A DNA stretch of 64,000 nt, from positions 24,985,231 to 25,049,230 of the forward strand of contig NC_083435.1 of the NCBI RefSeq assembly GCF_020745735.1. The letters run 5' to 3'. A program made the position numbers and the translations under genes. The notes below the pieces were generated by a model that had not been told where the DNA came from, made no database searches, and saw only the letters and a list, made by a program, of their open reading frames with translations. Origin of the DNA: Hemiscyllium ocellatum (taxonomy: Eukaryota). This document shows positions 12,778 through 25,880 of the stretch, one piece after another. Position 1 is the first letter of the stretch, and each line of letters begins with the position of its first letter.

Positions 12778-13999
12778 TCTCTATTCCTAAGATGCTGCCT
12801 GGCCTGCTGTGCTTTGACCAGCAACACATTTGCAGCATTAGACCCTGGGGACTTATCAACCTTCAGACCTAACAATCTCTCCAACACCAATTCCTGGCCA
12901 ATATACATTCCTTGAAGTTCAGGTCCTTCAACCACTGTTACCTCAGGGAGATTGCTTGTGTCTTCCCCAGTGAACACAGACTGAAGTACCAATTCAATTC
13001 TTCTGCCATTTCTTTGTTCCTCGTAATATATTCCCCTGTTTCTGTCTTCAAGGGCCCAATTTTAGTCTTAACCGTGTTTTTGCCTTTCACATGCCTAAAA
13101 AATGCTTTTACTATCCTCCTTTATATTATTGGCCAGTTTATCTTGGTACCTCATTTTTCTCTGCGTATTTCCTTCTTAGTAATCCTCTGTTGTTCTTTAA
13201 AAGCTTCCCAGTCCTCCGTTTTCCCACTTATCTTTGCTATGTCATGCTTTTTCTCTTTTAACTTTATACGTTTCTTAACTTTTCTCGTCAGCCACGGCCA
13301 CCCATGCCTCCTCCTAGGATCTTTCCTCCTTTTTGGAATGAACTGATCCTTCAACTTCTGCATTATACACAGAAATACCCGCCATTGTTCCTCCACTGTC
13401 ATCCTTGCTAAGGTATTGCATCATTGAACTTTGGCCAGCTCCTTCCTCATAGCTCCATAGTTCCCTTCATTCAACAGAAATATTGTCACTTCCGATTGTA
13501 CCCTCTCCCTCTCAAATTGCAGATTGACGTTTATTGTATTATGATTATGGATTATTATATTATAAAGCGCCCTTGCTGTCCCTGGGTGAAAATCTTAGGA
13601 TTCCCTTCTCTTAGTGTTCCTGCACAGTGCAAGAATCATAGAATCCAGACAGTATAGAAGAAGGCCATCCTGCCCATCGAGCCCATACTTTCGAGAAGAT
13701 GGTTCAGAATAACCTTGTCCAGGAGAACTAGGGACGGTTAATAAAGCCTAGCCCAGACTTTACCGAGAAAACATCACCAACACCCATAACAAATGTTACC
13801 TTATCTTCAAGCCTTCAGAGATTAGTCCTTTCTCAGGCTTGCTGACTGAGATGGGGAGAGGGGACAGCTAAAAATGTGTCATGAAGGAAGTCTTCTTACT
13901 TGATTATCGTTACAAACAAAAGCCAGCTTGTAACCTTAACCATAAAGATTGATGCTAGCGTTTGGTGCCTTGGAGGTAATGATTTAGGGTAAAACAGAA

Positions 14000-14620
14000 G
14001 CTGCTTTATTGGTCAGAGTATTGAGTGCACGAGTTGGGAGGTCATGTTGTGGCTGTACAGGACATTAGTTAGGCCACTGTTGGAATATTGCGTGCAATTC
14101 TGGTCTCCTTCCTATCGGAAATATGTTGTGAAACTTGAAAGGGTTCAGAAAAGATTTACAAGGATGTTGCCAGGGTTGGAGGGTTTATAGGGAGAGGTTG
14201 AATAGGCTGGGGCTGTTTTCACTGGAGCGTTGGAGGCTGAGGGGTGACCTTATAGAGGTTTGTAAAATCATGAGGGGCATAGATAGGGTAAATAGACAAA
14301 GTCTTTTCCCTGAGGTGGGGTAGTTCAGAACTAGAGGGCATAGGTTGAGGGTGAGAGGGGAAAGATTTAAAAGAGACCTAAGTGGCAACTTTTTCACACA
14401 GAGGGTGGTGTGTGTATGGAATGAGCTGCCAGAGGAAGTGGTGGAGGCTGGTACAATTACAGCATTTAAAATGCATCTGGATAGGTATGTAAATAGGGAG
14501 GGTTTAGAAGGGTATGGGTCGGATGCTGGCAAGTGGGACTAGATTGGGTTGGGATATCTGGTCAGCATGGACGGGTTGGACCGAAGGTCTGTTTCCGTGC
14601 TGCACATCTCTATGACTCTA
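14000..14620 (+). mobile_element. CR1 LINE 3' fragment
   Basis: ORFs 14135-14323 and 14345-14542 (LFSLERWRLRGDLIEV; RFKRDLSGNFFTQRVV) followed by the typical tail. Confidence 0.88.
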
Positions 14621-15061
14621 CGATTCTGTAACAACTCTGTCAGGTGTCGAATTAATGGTCGAGCTACTGGAATGGGAAGTGGAATAACCACCTCCTGACT
14701 CAGTTACAAAATATCTCGAACTTGGCCACTGTGAATAAGTTAAGAAAGAACGAGGCCTTTATAAATGTTTAATAAGCATTCTTAAAGTTTTTTTTTCTTG
14801 TCTGGAAGTTGAGCCAAATGTTGTTCGATCAGTCTGGTGCTGGCAGGTGGGACTAGATTTGGGTTGGAATATCTGATCGGCATGGACGAGTTAGACTGAA
14901 GGGTCTGTTGCCGTGCTGTCCATCTCTCTGACTGAACGGTGTGCTCTGTCAGTCGCCACCTCAGCGCTGAAGGTAAACATCGCCCCCTAGAGGTGCTGAG
15001 TTCTTTCCCTTGAATCAGGAGGCGAATTGGAGATTCACACAGTGATCCTCTAACTCCACAG

Positions 15062-15202
15062 GGGGGCAATATGATAAGGAACAAAGAAGGAACGATCGTC
15101 ATAAGCGACGTACAGATATTGTGGTGTGTTCGTGCCGCGGTGGTAACTTTACTGGGTATCGGTGGGATCTTCGTCGCGGTCTGCTTCCGCCGGAAGAGGT
15201 GA
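15062..15202 (+). pseudogene. NCR3: Gene A stalk/transmembrane exon (Arg-bearing, activating type)
   Basis: Frame reads GGNMIRNKEGTIVISDVQILWCVRAAVVTLLGIGGIFVAVCFRRKR* (TGA 15200-15202), homologous to gene B ILWTIRAVAII. Candidate acceptors at 15017-18 and 15060-61 are both out of phase 1. Donor-like gtaagt at 15208. Confidence 0.7.
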
Positions 15203-15699
15203 GGACAGTAAGTGCTTCAGCAGCTTTGTTTACGACTTGTGATGCGTTTAGCCAGCTTTTATAGCGAGCTGGTGCATTGTCACACAGTGATTCAAAGCGG
15301 AATAGTCTTTGAGGTTCTGGTCAATGTATTGCAGACTCTTTTCAGCAGGGCCTTGCTGCACGAGTTTTCCAGCTGAGGGGAGGGATAGTGCGGGGGTTTG
15401 GATCGTCCAGCCTTGAGCTTCTCGAACAGCTGCTGAGCAGGGAGTCAGCCCCCCAATTCCATTTCCCCTTCAGCCACGCACCCACCCTCCGCCCTTCACC
15501 CAACTTCAAATGTTTCCAAACGCCAACGGGTGACAACAGCTCATATTTGAGGCGCCGTTAGTTTCAGGGTCGAGGATATCAAAGGAAGGGGGAAAACGGC
15601 TCACATTTCTCCAAAGCGCACCGTGTTTCTCTTCCGCCTGAAATCTACCCCCAACGGTATGATCATTTTTCTGGAAACCAATGTGTTCCTTAGATATGA

Positions 15700-15965
15700 T
15701 TCCCTACGCTACGGAAACAGACCAATAAGTCCACCCTGACCCACTCCCCTACATTTATCCCTAACCAATGCACCTAAGTTACACATCCCTGAACACTATG
15801 GGCCATTTTCCATAACCTGCACATTTTTTGGAGTATGGGAAGAAACCCACACAGACACGGGGAAAATGTCCAACCTCCACAGGCAGGACCCCGAGGCTGG
15901 GATTGAACCCACGTCTTTGGTGCTGTGAAACAGTAGTGCTAGCCCACTCAGTCACCGTGCCGCCC
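15700..15965 (-). mobile_element. Degraded HE1-type SINE
   Basis: Reverse-complement similarity to 6508-6819. Confidence 0.7.
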
Positions 15966-16722
15966 AGTCACTTTCCTCCTCTCCCCGTGTGTTGACAAGA
16001 GCAGCGAGATTCGTTCCCGGGAGAATATCCACTAGGAACTAATTTCTGTTGCAGACTGAGCTTGTTTTGAACAGCGCGGTCCAATTTCCAATGATCGATC
16101 TTAAAGAAATAGGATAAATTCGACAATCCAGCTTTGTTCACATTGAGCAGGTTTTGCATGATCAACTGAAATGTCATTGGGGATTGAGATTCCGGTATTT
16201 TCGGTACTGCGGCTCTGGAGATTTCGAAACTGCATTGAAATATACTCTTGAGAACAATTATCCACCTCGTGCCTGCTCCGCTCAGATGTATCCATTTGAA
16301 TTGTGACGCAGCGGAAATGGACGTGGTTGGTGAATTGCGCCACAATAACAGATGCACGTGGACCTATGAAGCGATATTGGACTGTCGCCTTGTACTTCCT
16401 TTTGGATTTCCCAAAGCTTCGTCTCATATCGTGTGCTGTAGAAAGACAGGATCGAAGGTCGTGGTGGAGGAGCTGCAAAAAAGGTTCGTAAATCTCCGGA
16501 GAAAGGAATAATGGACTCGATTGAAACTTGCATGAAGTCAACTTGGCAATTTAAGACAACTTTATTTTGTAAAGGTCTGTGTTCGTATGCTGTCACTTCT
16601 CAGAAGGACTCTCGCATTGTGACTTACTTGAGACTGTTTTGGAAACACATATGCAATTGATTAATCCATGACTCACCAATCAGCGAAAACATCAACCGTG
16701 ATGGTTCTTTGAAAAGATTAGA

Positions 16723-16975
16723 TTACATTCCCTCCAGTGTGAAAACAGGCCCTTCGGCCCAACCAGTCCACGCTGTCCCTCCGAAGAGTAATCCACCTGG
16801 ACCCATTTCCCTCTGACTAATGCACCTAGCACTATGGGCAGTTTAGCCTAATTCACCTGACCTGCACATCTTTGGACTGTGGGTGGAAACCGGAGCACCC
16901 GGAGGAAACCCACGCAGAGCGACTGTGCAAACTCCACACGGACAGTTGCCCTAGGCTGGAATCGAACCTGGGACC
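16723..16975 (-). mobile_element. HE1-type SINE, 5'-truncated
   Basis: agattagattac tail and ggaaaccggagcacccggaggaaacccacgcag core. Confidence 0.8.
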
Positions 16976-18639
16976 CAGTTGTGTGCGTTAGTTCTTCCTC
17001 TTCATTTTTCTGTCTAAAGTATGCCGATTGCCTCCCCTCACTTTGAATAGAATAAAATTGCGCAATTCCAGGTTTACCCTTGTGCACTATGGCTTTAGTT
17101 CGATCAGAGTCGTGTTGATCATTGAAGATATTGCCGAATTCTTCCAAATCATGTCCTGACTAAGCAAATTACCCCATATCCCCCCACCCTGGAGGCTTCC
17201 TCTCTCTATTCCTGATGAAGGGCTTTTGCCTGAAGCGTCGATTTTCCTGCTCCTTGAATGCTTCCTGACCTGCTGTGCTTTTCCAGCACCACTCTAATCT
17301 AAATTACCCCATACGTCAACACAAATGTGCCAGACAATGTAACTCCATTTGAGTGTATCACTGGAGTTAGGGAAAATTAAGGGAAAGTCAGTGAAATATA
17401 GGCCCGAAAGTTGAACTTTAGTTCTCGTAACCATCCCCAGAAAAGCCTCAGGACAGAAAATAAAATGATGTATTGATGCGTTTTTATATTTTTCCATTTA
17501 CATTTCCAAATCTCCCACTCTTACCCCCCTACTTCTTTATTCCCTGAGATTAGAATGTGCTCCATTATTTCGGTTTCTAACATTCGCTTTGAGTTTGTGC
17601 AGTGATTTGGTGTAAATCTTACTAGTTGGCATTATAATATTGAAAACATGAAATAAGTAATTGCTTCTGACAGTTAGCTCAACTTCGGGACTGTAACCTT
17701 CGGAATAAGAGTGTTGCTGGGGGTCTCAATCACTGTCAACTCAGCACTGAAATCTCAATCATGTTACGTAGCGGCATCACATCTTACACTTGGTCTTGAT
17801 TTGCAAGCTAGGTAATAATTAGCCTTTTGTACTTTATTTCAGATAATGCTTTTTTTCTATGAGGAGACACGTTGAGTGTTGAACTTCAAACCTTGACAAA
17901 ATGCTTCTCTTCATCAAATATACCTATTGCAAAATTCTTCCTTCCTATGATGGTTGTGGTTTTCTGTTGCCTTACGAAAATACCGCCGAACCATTGTTGG
18001 ATTGAATTCACTCATTGGCTTCCCCCATTGGCTGCATGTATCTGACTCATTCTTCAGAAGCGGCTACCTCTTGCTGACCCCTACGTTACCCTTGAGACGT
18101 TTCTGGATCCTGACAAAGCAACAGGGAAGGAAAGATGGCAGGTGGCTTAGGGATTGGAGAAGCTGGGAATTTGTTACTGAGGAAATTCCCTTCTTAGATG
18201 CTGAAAATAACAAAAAAATATTAGCGATGACTTAACAATAACTGTACTATCTGGCTTACAGTAGTTACATTCCAATTTCGTGCCAAAATGATATGAAGCA
18301 CCTTTCATTGCATAACGCTTGGTTCTATGCAAAACTAATAACATTTATCTCATAGAAATCAAGGAGATAAATGATCCCCTTCCTTGTCATAATCCGCACA
18401 GAGAGAAATAAAGTGCTCCGGAGTGAAATATACTCGTGTATTCTTCCTTCCAGTTAGACATAGATGTTTATTCCTAAACTCAATTATGATTTAAGCCAGT
18501 AATAATAACTCCAATTCGGAATTTGTTCTTTATTATGTATAAAACACAGCATTGACCGTTTCAGGATAAAGATCTGTAGCAGTAAGGATCATAAACTACC
18601 ATTCCTACCAACTTCACTGAACACAATACTATACATTCC

Positions 18640-19420
18640 TAACTCCACCCTTGTCAGCCTTTGGTAGGGACCTTCCCTGCAGGACATTCTCCTCCACTGC
18701 TCCTCCACTCGCAACATGTCCTCACCACAAACACTCCAAGCACCTTCCTATGCAAGGGCAGAAGGTGTAACACTTGCCCATGTACTTCTTCCTTCCTCAA
18801 TATCCAAGGTACATTCCAGGTGAAGCAGGGGTTTACCTGCACTTCATTCAATCCGTCCACTGTATTTGCTGCTCACAAGGTGGCCTCTACATTGGCCAGA
18901 TAAAACAAAGGCTTGGGAATCTTTTTTCAGTCCACAGCAATGACCCTGAGCTTCCTGTTGCCTGGCGCTTCAAAATACCCACCATATTCCCTGGTCAGCA
19001 TCTCTGTCTCCATCTTGCTGAACGCTCAACACAAGCTGCAAGAACAGCTTCTCATGTCCCGCTTGGGACCCTATGGCCTTCAGGACTCAATATCAAGCTC
19101 ACCAACCTTAGAGCTTGCGCATCTTCTCCCATGTGGTCATCCCAGCACCCACACACCAGGCCTTGTCATCGCATGGACAACTACAAAACCAAGTCATTAT
19201 CAGCTACTATTGGTCCCCATGAGCAGCCATTGATTCTCGCAGACTGACCTTCACCCATTTCTTCATCTAAATGTTGTTCTCTTCCTCTGGGCTCCATCTC
19301 CACCTATGGTTTACTCCTCCCTCTCCCCCCACCCCCAGTCCATATTTGGCACATATCCCTACTGTTTCTGATCTGTAATCAATTCTGAAGAAGGGTCACT
19401 GGATCCAGCAATTTCTGTCG
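18640..19420 (+). mobile_element. Degenerate Penelope-like 3' fragment
   Basis: Peptide GGLYIGQIKQRLG (GIY-YIG YIG motif) in ORF 18774-19247; homologous to 12053-12836. Confidence 0.72.
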
Positions 19421-19679
19421 ATGTTTTCAAAAGTGACGTTTCATTGCATTGATTTTTTTTTGTGCTGAGTGTTTGATATTATAACAGACATTCTCTTGAA
19501 ACTTTCTGGACTCTCGAGGCATTAGAGGTGATCCCAATAATAACGAAGAGACTGAAAGGGCTTGTTAGGATAAAGACTGTCTGGTAATTATCCCTTGCTG
19601 GCGTAACATGTGAGTACACGCCTGGGATATGCCTGGGTCACTGAGGATTGAGAGATGGAGACATTCAGAGACGACAGAA

Positions 19680-20210
19680 TATTTATTTGGGGTATTGTGT
19701 GCAGTTCTGGTCACCTCATTAGAGGAAGGATGTGGAAGCTTTGGAAAGGCTTGAGAGAAGATTTACTGCGATGATACCTGGTATGGAGGGAGGGTCTTAC
19801 AAGGAAAGGCTGAGGGACTTGAGGCTGTTTCCGTGAGAGAGAATAAGATTGAGAGGTGATTTAATTAAGACATACAAGATAATTAGAGGGTTAAATACGT
19901 TGGACAGTGACAGCCTTTTTCCTTGGATGATGATGGCTAGCATGAGGGGGCATCATTTTAAATTGAGGAATGATAGATACAGGACAGATGTCAGAGGAAG
20001 TTTCTTTACTCAGAGAGTAGTAGGGGCGTGGAATGCCCTGCCTGCATCAGTAGCACAGTCGCCAGCTTTCAGGGTATTTAAATGGTCAGTGGATAAACAT
20101 ATGGACGAGAATGGAACAGTGTAGGTTATATGGGCTTCAGATTGGTTTCACAGGGCAGTGAAACATCGAGGGCCGAAGGGCCTGTACTGCTCTGTAATGT
20201 TCTATGTTCT
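19680..20210 (+). mobile_element. CR1 LINE 3' fragment
   Basis: RGDLIKTYKIIRG..RGHHFKL..FFTQRVV plus tail. Confidence 0.85.
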
Positions 20211-21539
20211 AATACTTAAAATTCTCAATTTGAGGTGTTTATGAATTCGTCATCATCCATGTTCATTTAAAAATTGGTTATTTTTTAATTTCTCAGAGAA
20301 TCGAAGTATATGGAGGGTTTGTGGGAGAGTAGAATGAAACAAGTGTTCAGCGCTGACGGGATTGCACCGCGCGAAGTCAAAGATTCGGCTGACCCGTTCT
20401 AATTCCTTTTGGTGTTGTGGGTTTCTCACTTCCTTTCAGTGAACAGTTAAACTCTTGGATTGATTTGACTTTTGCGTTTCATGAACTGTTCAATTTCAGT
20501 TGGACGAGAAAAAAAAGTGGCTGTGCAACAAGCATGCAAAAAAAAACTCACAAAGGAACATATGCAAGAACATCTGCTTTTAACTGAAAGCTCAATCCCA
20601 AAACCTATTTGTATGTTTGAATTTTTTACTATTCAGGTAACATGTGACTCTGGTAAGGTAACTCGGGAAGCTTCAGTTTTCAGGTAATATTTACCAAAGT
20701 AGAGAAGCGACTGTCTGGCTGTCCTCCAGCCCTTGCTTTCCGGTTCAGCTTCGACTGCATGAGGTCTCACGTCTCGCCACGACAATTCGGTGGTCTTCCA
20801 TTTTTCACTGGGCTGCAGGTTCTGTAGACTTTAGTTTCACGTTTGCAGATTGTGTTTTAGTCACTGAAAGTCGCTGTTTATTAGCTACTTTAAAGTCACA
20901 ACCGACTGCAAGCTCAATGATTTTACAACATTCTGATTGGGCTACCTGAAGCGAAGCTAATGTCTAATTGGACCAAAGGGTGTGTGATCAATCTGTGACT
21001 GGCTCTTGAGGGTGATGGACATTCACTAATGACACCGCCTACCAGACCCTGATAGGTTCCGTTAGGTGTCAATTATTTCCAGGACAGTCCTTCTTATAAC
21101 AGCTACTTCATAAATACTTTCTGATAAAGATACATTCGCGATTAAGAGCTTGTGCTCCAAACATCGACTCTCCTGCTCCTCGGATGCCTGACTTTTGGAT
21201 TCTGATCTCGAGCATCTGCGGTCCTCACTCTCTCCGACTTCATAAATATTTAACTTTTATTGCATAATGCAATCCTTGTTCATTTCTTTAAGATAAATGT
21301 TGTGTGTTTCCAGGCCCTCGTGATCAAATTTATAGTCTTTGCTACAGTCTGGTTGAAGTGTCCCAATAAATCCAACACTCTTCAATGACTATTTCCGAAC
21401 AGACGTCATTTTCTGGGCGCTTTTGTCTAACTCTATGGTTGCCATGTTGAAAAGCTGGGGTTGGGATCTATGCTTGCATATTCAGTTACTAACCTAGTCT
21501 TCAATGACGAATTCGAAAAGATTCTATATCTACAAACTT

Positions 21540-21900
21540 AGTACATGTAGCTGGACAACAGACCATGAGCAACAGGAACAGGAGTAGCCTGTTCACAGCA
21601 TCAAACCTGCTACACCATGACATAGAATTACTGTAGATCTGATTCTCATCACACCCACTTTCTTGCCTTCTCCCATGACCGATGATTCCTCGACTGATCA
21701 AGGACCTATCTAACTCAGCCTGAAGTGTACACAAGGATTTTGCCCCCACAGCTCTCGGTGGCAAGGAATTGCAGAGAACTCGCCACTCTTGAGAGAAGAA
21801 ATTTATTTTCTTCGTCTTAAATCGACGCTTCTTTATTCTGAGACTCTGCTCTCTGGCTCTAGACCTTCCCAAGGAGAAACATCCTCTCAGTATTTAAATA
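21540..21900 (-). mobile_element. CR1 LINE 3' fragment
   Basis: Minus ORF 21501-21872 resembles the CR1 ORF2 C-terminus. Confidence 0.7.
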
Positions 21901-22460
21901 AAACAAAAAAAAAATTGCGAACGTTAGAAATCTGAATAGAAGATGATGACTGGACTTGAAACGTTAGCTCTAGTTCCCGCCACAGATGGGGTCAGACCTG
22001 CTGAGTTTCTCCAGCAATCTCTCCAGCATTTACCCCGCTGAGCCACTTTAAGGAATCCTATATGCTCCAAGGAGATCACCTTTCATTTTTCTGAACCCCA
22101 GTGTAAGATCGCATCTTGTTTAGCCTTTGCTCTGTTGGATGGACAGTTTCCTGTCTGCTCTGATTACTGTAAAGTGCAGAAGAACTTTTCTCCGCATCTG
22201 ACGGTGACTATGCCATGATCCTAAAAATGTGTTTTTTTTTCTCTTCTGGGAAGGGATGGGAGAATGGATCTGACGCTGTTCCTTTTCCCTCTGGATAGAT
22301 TGAAAATAGTGTGAGAAATGCTCCCCTTGCCCGTTAGCACTTGGTATTTAAAGAGACCGGAGGAGAAGAAACTGAGGAAGGAGATGTGGCTGTGGGAGCG
22401 AGTCTGCTTCAGGACGTGGCCGAAGAGTTTCAGGGCTGAGGATATGACAGTGAGACACAC

Positions 22461-22491
<31 letters not shown>

Positions 22492-24339
22492 TACTGAGAT
22501 CCTTGCAGAGGGTGGAGGAGAGAGGAGAGCTCCTCCCCTCTCTACAAGGATCTCATTGAGTCTCTCTCTCTCATATAATGATACAGCCATTTCCCACTAA
22601 TTAAAACAATTCTTCCACATGTTTATGTTCTTCAGCTGGGATTGGGTGATGCAGTGTGCCAGAAATTACTCCTTTGCTACACTGCAACTTGGTCAAGCAA
22701 TTGGCCAGACGCTACTGAACTAGTATCACACACTTTGATTTTCCCATCTGTGGGACTGGGCTGTGACTGTGGGACAGACAGCGGAAAGTTAGCCAAGCTA
22801 ATATTTTCCAATGAACGTGCCCAGAAATGTTATCTCTGGGACTTCAACCCAGATATCCTGGTGGTTCCACACCCTATCCTCTCCAGTGCACCCTTCTACT
22901 CCAGTCTTCACATGCTATCACCAGTTCTCACTCCACCTCAGTCCGACACCCACCCCCATCCACGCATCCTTCCCGTCCTCGTGACAACCAACACCCACCC
23001 AGCATCCTCATTCCTCATTCCTCCCCCTTCTGACTTCCCCGATCCTCCATCACAGCCTTCCCGGCCTCATTGTCTCCTCTTTCCTCACAATCTCCCATCC
23101 TCACTCCCCTGCTTCTCTTCGACAGCCTCTCCATCCTCTCTCCCCCATCCTCACTCACAACATCACCTGTCCTCACTGCTTCCATTCTCTCAGCCCATCA
23201 TTCCACCGGGATTGAACCCCCTATCTGCTACCTCGGTGTTCTGGGTACCCTCTTGCTCTGTTTCGGTCGTTCCCCTGCCCTGGGTGTTCCAATTCTTATC
23301 TCCTTTGACCTGGATCACCACATCATCACAGATCCCCAAACTTTCTACCACCTCTCCTGGGTGCCGCCCCCGTACATTCTCTATCCCATGTCCTGGGGTT
23401 CCTACCCTCTTTACTCCTTGACTTAGGTCGCCCTATCCTCTATACCCCATGTCCTGGGACCCCCTTTCTACTCCATGTCCTGAGCTCCCCCCAGCCCTCC
23501 TCATCACCCCCCTCCCCCCCGCCACGCTCCCCAGGTCCTGGGTCTGTCCACCAACGCTCTTCTCTAACTCCCAATACTTATTTTCTGCATACACGCAATG
23601 ACTTTGAATATGATATCATTTCAAAAAGAGCAGCTCACCCATTGAATCTGCAGGTCCAACTGCAAGATCGGAGTGAGAAGCTGCTGTGAACGTTTCGAGT
23701 CCAGTGAACTTTTATCAGAACTAATAATATCCCTGCGTGCATAGACTGCTGCAGTGCCAACTCTGTTGGGTTGGCGGGGAAGTAATCAATCAATAGGCTA
23801 CTGATTTGTACCACGGCCCTCTCATCCAAAAACTAGTTTAATGAAAAATCCCAAGTAAACACAGAAGCAACAATCCAAAGAACGGCTGTTTCCATCAGTC
23901 CTTCACAGCTTGGTCTTCTCCAGCAGAAGCTTCATATCATTATTGAATTCAGAGTTTCTCAGAGACGATTTCACTTATATTGGGAGAAAATGTTTGACTG
24001 GAGATATTCTTGATATTGACTTCCAAAGCTCTGCAATTCAGTAGTATCACCCATTGTCCTGTCCAGAATTGCAGTAAAATATGCACATTAGACCATTCAT
24101 TATCGGAATGCTTCAGTTAGACTCAATTTGACTGATCAAACAACATTCAGCTCAACTTCCAGACAAGAAAAAATAACTTTAAGCATGATTATTATTAAAC
24201 CTTTCTAAAGTCATTGTTCTTTCTTAACTTATTCACAGTGGCCAAGTTCGAGATATTTTGTCACTGAGTCAGGAGGTGGTTGTTCCACTTCCCAGTCCAG
24301 TAGCTCGACCATAAATTCGACACCTGACAGAGTTGTTAT

Positions 24340-25880
24340 AGAATCATAGAGTCATAGAGATGTACAGTACGGAAACAGACCCTTTGGTCCAACTCGTCCA
24401 TGCTGACCAGATATCCCAACCCAATCTAGTCCCACTTGCCAGCACATGGCCCATACCCCTCTAAACCCTCCCGATTCACATGCCCATCTAGATGCCTTTT
24501 ACCAGCTTTCACCACTTCCTCTGACAGCTCATTTCATACACACATCGCCCTCTGTGTGAAAAAGTTGCCCCTTTGGTGCCTTTTAAATCTTTCCCCTATC
24601 ACCCTAAACCTATGCCATTTAGTTCTGGACTCCCCCACCCCAGGGAAATAACCTTGTCTATTTACCCTATCCATGCCCCTCATGATTTTATAAACCTCGA
24701 TAAGGTCACCCCTCAGCCTCCAATGCTCCAGAGAAATCAGCCCTTGTCTATTGTACGCAATATTCCAAAGGTGGTCTAACCAATGTCCTGTACAGCCACA
24801 AAATGACATCACAACACCTGTACTCAATACTCTGACCAATAAAGGAAAGCATATCCATCACCTTCTCCACTATCCTATCTACCTGCGACTCCACTTTCAA
24901 ACAGCTATGTACCTGCACTCCAAGGTGTCTTTGTTCAGGAACATTCGCTAGGAGGATGTTACCATTATGTGTATAAGTCCTGCTAAAATTTGTTTTCCCA
25001 GAATGCAACACATCTCATTTATCTAAATTAAACTTTATCTGCCACACCTCAGCCCATTGGCTCATCTGATCAAGATCCAGTTGCCAGCTGATGTAATCTT
25101 CTTCGCTGTCCACTACACATCCAATTTTGGTGTCATCTGCAAACTTACTGACGATACCTCCTATGTTCATATCGAAATCATTTATATAAATGACAAAAGG
25201 TAGTGGACCCAGCACTAATCCTTGTGGCACTCCACAGGTCACAGGCCTCCATTCAGAAAAGTAACCCTCCACCACCACCCTTTGTCTTCTACCTTCGAGC
25301 CAGTTCTGCATCCAAATGGCTCGTTCTGCCTGTATTCCATGAGATCTGACCTTGCTGACCAGTGTCCCATGGGGAACCTTGTCGAACGCCTTACTGAAGT
25401 CCATATAGATCACGTTCACTGTTCTGCCCTCTTCAATCTTCTTTGTTACTTCTTCAAAAAACTCAATCAAATTCGTGAGACATCATTTCCGACGCACAAA
25501 TCCATGTTGAATATTCCCAATCCGTCCTTGCCTTTCCAAATACGTGTAAATCCTGTACCTCAGGATTCCCTTCAACAACTTGTCCACCACTGACATCAAA
25601 CCTGCTGGTCTGTCCATTCCTTGGCTTGTCCTTACCACTGTCCTTAAACAGTGGCACCACCCTAGCCAACCTCCAGTCTTCCGTCACCTCACCTGTGACT
25701 ATCGATGATGCAAATAGCTCAACAAGGGCCCAGCAATCACTTCCCTAGCTTCCCACAGAGTTGTAGGGTACACATGATCAGGTCCTGGGGATTTATCCAC
25801 CTTTACGCATTTCAAGACGTCCAGCACTCCCTCCTCTGTTATATGGACATTTTTCAAGAGACCATCATCTATTTCCCGGC
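24340..25880 (-). mobile_element. CR1 LINE RT fragment
   Basis: YMDFSKAFDKVPH, GVPQGLVLGP and KFADDTK in ORF 25015-25470; 3' tail near 24340. Confidence 0.9.

Larger units (their letters stand above)
11212..12835. mobile_element. Young Penelope-like element as an inverted duplication with a GIY-YIG endonuclease fragment in each arm
   Basis: Arms 11246-12029 and 12053-12836 (784 bp each, 23-bp loop). Mirrored ORFs contain IYCIRC..LLYIGETGR..ERFREH. 15-bp TSD cattagaccctgggg at 11197-11211 and 12836-12850. Confidence 0.92.
9631..13530 (-). mobile_element. CR1/HER1 LINE ORF2 (RT plus upstream region), interrupted by a Penelope palindrome
   Basis: RT motifs in minus ORF 10463-11290 (GFMKGKSCLTNLLEFF, YLDFQK, SGVPQG, KFADDTKL). 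(tagacaa)n 3' tail at 9631. The LINE resumes after 12850. Confidence 0.92.

Noticed and set aside
20771-20821. 51-nt minus-strand exon candidate NLQPSEKWKTTELSWRD
   Set aside because: Poor acceptor and no homology; could arise by chance.
22642-23520. Long Pro/Ser/Leu-rich ORFs (259 and 118 aa)
   Set aside because: Low-complexity pyrimidine-rich tract; open frames follow from composition and there are no domain features.
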